Origin: Arenicellales bacterium
GTDB lineage: Bacteria; Pseudomonadota; Gammaproteobacteria; Arenicellales; Poriferihabitantaceae
Assembly: GCA_965200715.1 (NCBI GenBank)
Contig: OZ241374.1
Location: 1,365,718-1,429,717, forward strand
Direction: 5' to 3'
Length of the DNA: 64,000 nucleotides
Shown: positions 30,238 to 38,507 of the stretch, one piece after another
How the letters are laid out: every line of letters begins with the position of its first letter
Numbering within the stretch: position 1 is the first letter of the stretch
Notes under the pieces: model-generated
Seen by the model: only the letters and a program-made list of their open reading frames with translations
Told to the model about the DNA's origin: nothing
Databases searched by the model: none
Position numbers and translations under genes: made by a program

Positions 30238-31464
30238 ATGATAGAAATTAAAGTACCCATTTTACCCGAGTCGGTGTCAGATGCATTATTACTGGACTGG
30301 CATAAATCAGCTGGTGATTCAGTAATGCGAGATGAAATTCTGGTCGAAGTAGAAACCGACAAGGTAGTCCTAGAAGTGCCGGCTCCTGAAGATGGTGTTC
30401 TCTCAGAAATCCTTGAACAACCAGGCAGTACCGTCAATGCCGAGCAGGTACTTGCTAAACTAACCCCAGGTACGGTAGAAACCGAAGTATCCTCTGTTGA
30501 TTTGACAAAAGAACCCTCAGTTGATACCGAAGATATTCGCTTGAGTCCTGCGGCCAGACGTATCGTTGATGAACGAGGTCTGGATGCTTCCAAAATACTT
30601 GGCACTGGGAAACATGGTTTGATTACAAAACAAGATGCCCTTGAATATTCAACGCCAAGCAATGAACCGATAATCAGTGAGGCTGGGGATAAGACACCTT
30701 TTACTGGAGTTTCAGCCTTGGCGGATTCCCAGCAAACAGCAAACCAGCCTGTAGCACAGGGTACTAGAGAAGTGATCCGAGAACCGATGAGTCGACTACG
30801 ACAGACCATCGCCAATCGTCTAATTCAGTCACAACAGGGAGCTGCGTTACTGACAACATTTAACGAAGTAGACATGAAAGCAGTAATGGAGTTGAGAGCG
30901 AAATACAAGGAAGCTTTCGAAAATAACCATGGGGTAAGGCTTGGCTTCATGTCATTCTTTGTTCGTGCAAGTGTTGTTGCTTTGAAACGATTTCCATTGG
31001 TAAATGCCTACATCGATGGAACTGATATTGTCCGTCATCTTTATCAGGATATAGGTATTGCAGTCGCATCGCCACGTGGTCTTGTGGTACCAGTTCTACG
31101 CAACTGCGAGTCGATGAGTAATTCGGACATTGAGAAACAAATCAATGATTATGGCGTTCGAGCTCGTGACGGAAAAATCACCATGGACGAATTATCTGGT
31201 GGAACGTTCACAATCACGAATGGCGGTGTATTTGGTTCATTGTTGTCGACACCGATTGTTAATCCTCCTCAGAGTGCCATATTGGGCATGCATAAAATAC
31301 AGGAAAGACCAATGGTTATTGATGGTCAAGTTCAGGCAAGACCGATGATGTATCTGGCTTTGTCCTACGACCACAGGATTGTTGATGGAAAAGAAGCTGT
31401 GCAGTTTCTCGTTACGATCAAGGACATGATAGAAGATCCAGCAAGGTTACTTCTCGATTGTTAG
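30238..31464 (+). CDS. sucB: Dihydrolipoyllysine succinyltransferase E2
   Basis: 408 aa. Lipoyl domain [16 protein letters not shown]3-binding LSPAARRIV, catalytic [14 protein letters not shown]. Confidence 0.93.
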   Translation: MIEIKVPILPESVSDALLLDWHKSAGDSVMRDEILVEVETDKVVLEVPAPEDGVLSEILEQPGSTVNAEQVLAKLTPGTVETEVSSVDLTKEPSVDTEDIRLSPAARRIVDERGLDASKILGTGKHGLITKQDALEYSTPSNEPIISEAGDKTPFTGVSALADSQQTANQPVAQGTREVIREPMSRLRQTIANRLIQSQQGAALLTTFNEVDMKAVMELRAKYKEAFENNHGVRLGFMSFFVRASVVALKRFPLVNAYIDGTDIVRHLYQDIGIAVASPRGLVVPVLRNCESMSNSDIEKQINDYGVRARDGKITMDELSGGTFTITNGGVFGSLLSTPIVNPPQSAILGMHKIQERPMVIDGQVQARPMMYLALSYDHRIVDGKEAVQFLVTIKDMIEDPARLLLDC

Positions 31465-31479
31465 TAACAAAACAGAATT

Positions 31480-32907
31480 ATGGTTGATAGTTTTGACGTT
31501 CTAGTTGTTGGTGCCGGTCCAGGGGGGTATGTGGCAGCGATTCGCTGTGCACAACTTGGCTTGAATACTGCTTGTGTTGACAATCAAATCAACCATAAGG
31601 GAGAGCCAGCATTGGGTGGCACCTGCCTCAATGTCGGATGTATCCCATCAAAAGCCTTGTTGGAATCAACAGAGCAATATCACAAATTGATTCACTCATT
31701 CCCTTCTCATGGCATTAAGACCACAAAAGCATCAGTTGATGTTCATACTATGCAACAAAGAAAGGAGTCAATTGTTGAAGGGTTGACTTCGGGTATAGCT
31801 CAGTTATTTAAGGCTAACAAGGTTACTTCTATTCATGGTTTCGGTCGATTGACTATGGACAATACGGTAAACGTGTTGGATGAAAACGAGAAAATTAGCC
31901 GAACACTTATGGCGAGACATATTATTCTTGCCCCAGGATCAATACCATCCCATCTTCCCAATATTCCATTTGATCATGAATTTGTCGTGGATTCTACCGG
32001 AGCATTAAATTTTGAAAAAGTTCCAAAACGATTGGGAATAATTGGAGCTGGAGTGATTGGACTCGAACTGGGTAGTGTCTGGAATAGACTGGGTTCGGAG
32101 GTCACCTTGTTGGAAGCATTAGATGATTTTCTGGCTTTGGCAGATCATCAAGTAGCCGCAGAGGCGAAACGGCAATTTACCAAGCAAGGTTTGAATATCT
32201 GCTTGCAGGCCAAGGTAAACAAATTGTCCAAATCCAAGGAGGGGTTGAATATTCACTATAGCAAAAACGAAACTGATTCCTCAATTGAAGTGGACAGAGT
32301 AGTTGTGGCTATTGGGCGGCGACCTGCTACAGAAGGGTTGATATCCGCAGATAGTGGAGTCAGTGTTGATGATCGTGGGTACATTTTGGTTGATGATGAG
32401 TGTCGGACCAATATTGAAAATGTCTGGGCAATTGGGGATGCCGTTCGAGGGCCTATGCTCGCCCACAAAAGTTCGGAAGAGGGAATAGCAGTTGCTGAAC
32501 GAATAGCGGGGGGCAAGCCGCACGTAAATCTCAATATTGTTCCATGGGTTATCTACACTTCACCGGAGATCGCATGGGTTGGATTGACAGAACAGGAGTT
32601 GCAGGAAACAGGGAGTGATATTCGGGTTGGTTCTTTTCCGTTTGCTGCCACCGGTCGTGCTCGAGCAATGGAAGAACCAACCGGTTTCATCAAAATGATT
32701 GCAGATGCAAAGACCGATCAATTGCTTGGCATACATATGATCGGTCCGCATGTATCCGAATTGATTAATGAATGTGTATTGGCGATGGAATATCAGGCTA
32801 GTTCCGAAGATTTAGCAAGAACCATTCATGCTCATCCATCACTATCCGAAGCAATCCATGAGGCCGCCTTGGCAGTTGACAAGCGGGCAATTCACCGAGT
32901 GAATTGA
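31480..32907 (+). CDS. lpdA: Dihydrolipoyl dehydrogenase E3
   Basis: 475 aa. VVGAGPGGYVAA, GGTCLNVGCIPSKALL, HAHPSLSEA. Confidence 0.93.
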   Translation: MVDSFDVLVVGAGPGGYVAAIRCAQLGLNTACVDNQINHKGEPALGGTCLNVGCIPSKALLESTEQYHKLIHSFPSHGIKTTKASVDVHTMQQRKESIVEGLTSGIAQLFKANKVTSIHGFGRLTMDNTVNVLDENEKISRTLMARHIILAPGSIPSHLPNIPFDHEFVVDSTGALNFEKVPKRLGIIGAGVIGLELGSVWNRLGSEVTLLEALDDFLALADHQVAAEAKRQFTKQGLNICLQAKVNKLSKSKEGLNIHYSKNETDSSIEVDRVVVAIGRRPATEGLISADSGVSVDDRGYILVDDECRTNIENVWAIGDAVRGPMLAHKSSEEGIAVAERIAGGKPHVNLNIVPWVIYTSPEIAWVGLTEQELQETGSDIRVGSFPFAATGRARAMEEPTGFIKMIADAKTDQLLGIHMIGPHVSELINECVLAMEYQASSEDLARTIHAHPSLSEAIHEAALAVDKRAIHRVN

Positions 32908-33030
32908 TTTCTCTCCTACTGGCTTGCATCGAAATGCTTTCAACACCTGATTAAGAATCAGTTTCTGTCTATCGCCATGTAGCAGTTTTCAAGGATACGA
33001 TCATGGAGCAAGTAGAAACCTGTTGCTATC

Positions 33031-34230
33031 ATGTCTGAGTGGCTTGGGATTTCCCATCTATTTGAACTCTCTACCCGAGAGGCAATCGCTGGTTTCTTTA
33101 CTCCACTGGGTGTGTTTGTAGTGGTTTTTTTCTTGCAGATGACTCTGCCCGTGAAAAAAGTTACTGGATATGTTATCGATTCGAAAACGGGTAGACCTCG
33201 TCACTATCGTTTAAATGGGCTTTTGGTATATTTGGTTCTTTTGCTCATCTGGGCGTTTGAACTCTTTGGCTTGCCCCATGACTGGTTTTATCGCTCCACA
33301 ATTTATGCAGTAGCGGGCGGCTCTATTTTTTCAATCATCTTTCTGATTCTTACTGTTTATACCCAGCCAAAACGTGAGGACAGTACGCCCATCACAGATT
33401 TCTGGACAGGTCGTGTACATGAGATATCGTTGTTCAATCAGCGTTTCGACGTCAAAATGTATCTATATGTCGTAGGCGGTAGCATGTTATCGTTAAATGC
33501 GCTATCTGCGGCAGTTTGGCATTATCAGGAGTTTGGTTATGCATCAAACCCCGGAGTCTTCATCTATTCAATATTATTTAGCCTATACATACTCGATTAC
33601 TTCATATTTGAGCGTGCGATGCTTTATACCTTTGACTTGATTCATGAGGGATTGGGTTTTAAATTGTTTTGGGGCGGACTGATCGTTTATGGATGGATGT
33701 TCACTATGCCTTTATGGGGTATGGCCGCTCTACCTCACCCTGATTTTCATTGGCAAGTCTTTTCGACTGCTCATGAGAGTTATGCTTTATTAACTGACTT
33801 TGGTTATACACACGAATGGACTGTGTTTTGGTTATTCGGCACGGCAGGCTTATTTGTTACCGGTTGGAGCATCTCTCGTTTGACAAGCTTACAGAAGTAT
33901 ACTTTTAAACGCTGGCCGGAACGAAAATTTCTTGGAATCATCGAACCGAAGGTGATTGATGCAGGAGACCGCAAGATTCTCTGTAGTGGCTTTTGGGGTG
34001 TTGCGCGACATTTCAGTTATATGGGTGAGGCAATGCTCGCAATAGCCGTAGTTTTCATGTTTGGTTATCCGAATAATCCTTGGGCTTGGACATATACGAT
34101 ATTTATTATTTGCATGATGTTCTTACGCCAGATTGATGATGATAAATTCTGTTCTGAGAAGTATGGACCCGAGAATTGGGCTAAGTATAAAAAAATGGTA
34201 AAGTATCGAATTATCCCAGGTATCTATTAA
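33031..34230 (+). CDS. Sterol-reductase (ERG4/ERG24, DHCR7/LBR-like) family membrane protein
   Basis: 399 aa polytopic protein. Family signature ILCSGFWGVARHFSYMGEAM and C-terminus KYGPENWAKYKKMVKYRIIPGIY. Confidence 0.7.
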   Translation: MSEWLGISHLFELSTREAIAGFFTPLGVFVVVFFLQMTLPVKKVTGYVIDSKTGRPRHYRLNGLLVYLVLLLIWAFELFGLPHDWFYRSTIYAVAGGSIFSIIFLILTVYTQPKREDSTPITDFWTGRVHEISLFNQRFDVKMYLYVVGGSMLSLNALSAAVWHYQEFGYASNPGVFIYSILFSLYILDYFIFERAMLYTFDLIHEGLGFKLFWGGLIVYGWMFTMPLWGMAALPHPDFHWQVFSTAHESYALLTDFGYTHEWTVFWLFGTAGLFVTGWSISRLTSLQKYTFKRWPERKFLGIIEPKVIDAGDRKILCSGFWGVARHFSYMGEAMLAIAVVFMFGYPNNPWAWTYTIFIICMMFLRQIDDDKFCSEKYGPENWAKYKKMVKYRIIPGIY

Positions 34231-34747
34231 TGTTTGACTTGGTCATCCCGATATTGAATAATCAAGTGGAAAGAGTACAGCAGATGTGTAAAGTTATACT
34301 AAAAATGTCTAGAAAAACCCGTTCCAATTGGTGGCTTAATCACTATTTCCGAATCTCGTGTTACGATTAAGTTGCAAAGAATTTCTGCGGTATAAGTTGA
34401 ATCAATAACAAACGTTCCCTAGATAACCTATTACAGGCCCTAATATGATATATGCGAATTCTAAACATATCGTGATTCAAACCGATAGACTGCAGGTTTA
34501 TTCGTACTGGTAAGTCAAGCAGTCACAATGTAGTGCAATGTTCTACTCATGTAAGGAGATAGTTGTCATTGGTTGGCGTGAACATCGATTGCTTTTTGAT
34601 TCATTCTGCGATGTCTGGATTTTCCCAGTGCCCTCGTAATTCCAGTGATGAAACTTGGCTGGGTCTTCGAGGTCAAATTTTGATCATAGAAGAGGTGCAT
34701 CAAGAGTCCGCTGGATTTTGTTGATACACCGATTGCGTGAATTTTCA

Positions 34748-36121
34748 ATGTCCATACCACATGAAATATTTCGAGCTTATGATATTCGGGGGGTAGTTAA
34801 CGAAACATTAAATACCGAGATCGTTCATGCGATTGGTCGTGCATTAGGCACAAACATGCAAATGCTCGACTGTCACATCGCCGCGATTGGGCGTGATGGA
34901 CGCAAATCCAGCCCGGATTTTTCTAAGGCATTATGTTCGGGTCTCCTATCAACAGGTTGTGATGTGATTGATGTAGGTGTAGTTCCAACCCCTACGCTCT
35001 ATCATGCGGCATCTCGAATTTCAGATGGCACAGGTTTCCAGATAACTGGTAGCCACAATCCCCCCCAGTACAATGGAATCAAAATGATGATTAACCGGGA
35101 AACGCTTGCAGGGGAGAAAATTCAAAATCTAAGGGATCTTGTGCTAGATAAAAATTTTTCAGTTGGACAGGGTCAACTCTCCACAATGGATATCCGCTCT
35201 GATTATGTCAATTCCATTATCAACGATATCCAACTCAAAAAACCTTACAAAGTAGTGATCGACTGTGGTAATGGAGTAGCCGGCTCAATCGCCCCTGATA
35301 TTTTCCGAAGATTGGGACTAGAAGTAATTGAGCTTTATTGTGAGATTGATGGTGATTTTCCGAACCATCATCCGGATCCAAGCATACCGGAAAACCTTAA
35401 GGATTTAATCCATTTGGTACGCAACTCAAGTGCAGACCTTGGTTTTGCTTTTGATGGTGATGGAGATCGGCTAGGTGTTATATCTCCTAGTGGACAAATT
35501 ATTTGGCCAGATCGACAAATGATTTTATTTTCGTGGTCGGTACTTAAACAAATTCCGGGGGCCCAAATTATCTATGATGTGAAATGTTCCCAGTTACTGG
35601 CCAAATCGATCGTGAAAGCTGGTGGTAAACCAATTATGTGGAAGACTGGTCATTCATTTATTAAGAAAAAAATGAAAGAATGTGGTGCACCCTTGGCGGG
35701 TGAAATGAGCGGGCATATTTTCTTCAATGATCGATGGGAGGGGTTTGATGATGGAATTTATGCAGCAGCTCGATTGTGTGAAATACTCAGTAAGGAAGAT
35801 GCAACGCCTGGACAAATTTTTGACGCGATACCTGATACTGTCAATACTCCAGAAATCAAGATTGATCTCAAAGAGGGAGAGTCTTCTAAAATCGTAGATG
35901 CACTCGTTCATTCGGTGGTTTTTGAAGATGCTGAGGTTTCGTTAATTGATGGTCTTAGAGTGGACTTTGAAGATGGATTTGGGTTGGTTCGTGCATCAAA
36001 CACTACTCCTTCATTAATTATGAGATTTGAATCAACTGATCACACAACTCTTCATTCGATCATCGATCGATTCCAGAACGAATTAAAGAAAATCAGATCG
36101 GATCTTGGGATACCCTATTGA
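34748..36121 (+). CDS. Phosphomannomutase/phosphoglucomutase
   Basis: Track ORF starts at 34655. Conserved N-terminus begins MSIPHEIFRAYDIRGVV (34748). Active-site TGSHNPPQYNGIKM, FDGDGDR, GEMSGH. Confidence 0.88.
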   Translation: MSIPHEIFRAYDIRGVVNETLNTEIVHAIGRALGTNMQMLDCHIAAIGRDGRKSSPDFSKALCSGLLSTGCDVIDVGVVPTPTLYHAASRISDGTGFQITGSHNPPQYNGIKMMINRETLAGEKIQNLRDLVLDKNFSVGQGQLSTMDIRSDYVNSIINDIQLKKPYKVVIDCGNGVAGSIAPDIFRRLGLEVIELYCEIDGDFPNHHPDPSIPENLKDLIHLVRNSSADLGFAFDGDGDRLGVISPSGQIIWPDRQMILFSWSVLKQIPGAQIIYDVKCSQLLAKSIVKAGGKPIMWKTGHSFIKKKMKECGAPLAGEMSGHIFFNDRWEGFDDGIYAAARLCEILSKEDATPGQIFDAIPDTVNTPEIKIDLKEGESSKIVDALVHSVVFEDAEVSLIDGLRVDFEDGFGLVRASNTTPSLIMRFESTDHTTLHSIIDRFQNELKKIRSDLGIPY

Positions 36122-36600
36122 CCTCCGACTTAACCGGACTCTGCTCTGAAAAAGACTCATTCAAGGAATTTTTAGGATCATTATTTTGGAATTACACCTG
36201 TTATCGAGGTCTCACGCTGGGACTGATCGACACAGGATTTCTAGCTAGGCTCCATCAAATGGTTAGCTGGAACGTCTCCGTCGTTGCACTAAATGGCATG
36301 TCTCTGTAACTCAATACGCTCCACGGGCGTATGATGGCGACCGTACTGGCCGGCGTGTTCAATTCGAACGGGGTTAATCAGCGAGCATGTGAAATCCGGT
36401 CTAGCCGCTGGCTGTTCGAAAACGAGGAGTTAAACTTGGTCGGCAGCCAGATCAACGGCTGAAAGCGGATCGATTGGTGCCAAAAGTCCTTCAATTCATG
36501 GACGAGGGGAGTAGCTATCGGTGGATCGCACGTGACCTCGGTATTAGTAAAATATAGTCCTCGATATTGTGAAATACCGCTGTAAAAATTCCTTAGCGTA
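36118..36600 (+). pseudogene. Degraded serine recombinase (resolvase/invertase) remnant, catalytic N-terminus missing, multiple frameshifts/stops
   Basis: Pieces read in three frames: ...NVSVVALNGMSL*LNTLHGRMMATVLAGV / ..RTGLISEHVKSGLAA / RKRGVKLGRQPDQRLKADRLVPKVLQFMDEGSSYRWIARDLGISK / NIVLDIVKYR. Together they follow the resolvase E-helix plus HTH_7 layout. Confidence 0.5.
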
Positions 36601-36940
36601 GGATTCTACTCCTTTTCGGAATCGACCGTATAATCGGGATTCTTGAGGATATAATCTGCACGGATCTGATTCTATGGGTTTTTTGTAAAACACATGGATA
36701 ACCGAACCCGATCCCCTCAATCCAGCGAGACTAAGCATCCCCTCATTTTCATCCCTGAATTTGTCTAGCCTTCAAGGCTGGAAAAGTCTCACATATCTCT
36801 GTACCGGCATCCCCACAATCGCTTAAATCCAGCCGACGAGAAATGGCTACTGACTATACCATCCGATAGGCTGACAGAAGATCTTGAAAAGCTTTCAGCA
36901 ACTGTCCTACTCGTATGAGTCAATCAGTTTGTCCATCGCG

Positions 36941-38301
36941 TCATCTCGGCGGATCTGCAAGAGGATTCGTAATCAGTTTCTGTTCTATCTCATTTTCTGC
37001 ATACTGTGAGGTTGCCATCCAAGCACCATACAATCGAGCCTCCCCTTGGGGCTCCCCTGGGAGGGGGGGGGGGGGCCCCTTGCGGTAAAAAATATTCCGG
37101 ATTGACAGGGTTATCCTTCCAATTCCCGCTAAATGTACCAGCAAGCACTTTCGGTTGACCGTTTTGATGCTTTGCCCCAGATGGTACCCCGCCCCACTTA
37201 CCACTGGATTCTACGACATAATAAGGGTGTCCAGTATTCCAATAACGGGCATCTATTTCTCCGGTAAAACTCCCATCATTTTGAATTTTGGCATCTTGGA
37301 GTAAGATATAGTGTCCAGTTTGATTTACAGCAAATTCGGTCTGAAGTTCTTCGGGAACCCTTTCTCGGTTGGTAATCGTTTTCAAACCAATTCCTCTAGT
37401 ACACCCAATACAGCCAGAAATACTATTTTCATCAAAATCCGCTTGCAGGGTTATGTCAGCGGAAAAATCACCTGCTTCCACAAATGATCCGGGAAATAGC
37501 GGATGTTTTGGAGCATCTACGTCGTAGGTTAAAATTCCTCCAGCTATTCCACGATAGGTTGCCTTACCAGATGCTTGAATGGGACCCGCATCCTTCAATT
37601 CAGTACCGATGGAAAAAGTCCCAACATTCGCTTGATCAAGATTGTTCTTATCTGCGTGGAGCCAATAACCAAATATTAGATATTCTCTTGGAAAATTAGG
37701 ATCAGTCACATTAAAATCATCCCCTATAGGGTGAGAAATATCAGGATGACGATCATCAATGAACCAACTCGTAAAAATTTGTCCTATAGTTATATCATTG
37801 TCCTTTACAGCAAATAGATCCTCGCGTTTTGTGGCAGTCCAAAACCTTAAAGGTGAATATAATTGGGCGCCTTCCTGGCGGTGACGACGAGAGTTAAGCA
37901 AGATTTGAGTATTGTCCTTATCTTGTAAGTCAATCGTAATGCGTGAATCAATCGAATTGTTGACTTTTGCCGACACTTTAATGTTATTGGAATTGGCATT
38001 TGACTGTACTACAACACCATTACTAGCATCTCTAGAAAAAAGTGGTTCACTGCTTATACTATTTTTGAATGCCTTGAAAAGTTCTGATCGATTCCCCTTT
38101 TTGATCAGAAGATCAGTTGTGTTCTGATAGTTTGTGGTTTCAATGGAGGATTCAATGGACGACCCACCACATCCAGTAAGTATTAGAAATCCTATCAGCA
38201 GGAACGAGCGTACGATAAACCTACTTCTCGCAGCGATATTACTTACAAATGCATATCGAATGTGGTTGTGAGGGGGGGGGGGATAATGCTATTAATTTCA
38301 T
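36941..38301 (-). CDS. Putative surface lipoprotein with TbpB/fHbp-like beta-barrel features, interrupted at two homopolymeric C tracts (candidate phase-variable gene; out of frame as assembled)
   Basis: ATG at 38301 then the C11 tract. The downstream frame encodes ARSRFIVRSFLLIGFLILTG-C-GGSS (lipobox) and is continuous with track ORF 36990..37976. The C13 tract then shifts away from the 36941..37204 frame, which ends ...GEARLYGAWMATSQ... Body motifs: GKATYRGIAGG and DFSADITLQADFDENSISG. Confidence 0.55.
37063..37075. repeat. G13 (C13 in coding sense) homopolymer near the 3' end of the lipoprotein gene
   Basis: Counted directly: gag[g x13]cccct. Confidence 0.95.
38272..38282. repeat. G11 (C11 in coding sense) homopolymer 19 nt after the putative ATG of the lipoprotein gene
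   Basis: Counted directly: gtga[g x11]ataatgc. Confidence 0.95.
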
Positions 38302-38304
38302 AAT

Positions 38305-38338
38305 TTAAAAACGAACTTAGATTAAAAACGAACTTAGA
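38305..38338. repeat. Perfect 2 x 17-bp tandem repeat TTAAAAACGAACTTAGA immediately upstream of the lipoprotein ATG
   Basis: Read directly. The units are 38305-38321 and 38322-38338. Confidence 0.9.
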
Positions 38339-38507
38339 ATTTCCGATTCACTCATAATAGCAAAAAAATCCTTTCGGGTTAAGAGTGGAAATGCGCTACT
38401 ACATCAGCCCATACAACACTAATTCCTGCGATGGATCAGTTCACAAAAGAACATACATTTGGTCTCGTTAATTAACGAGTAAAAACATTATTGGTCATCA
38501 ATTTTAA

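Noticed and set aside
30150-30815. 221-aa minus-strand ORF
   Set aside because: Fully antisense to the well-conserved sucA end and sucB start. Low-complexity S/T/R-rich product. Typical shadow ORF.
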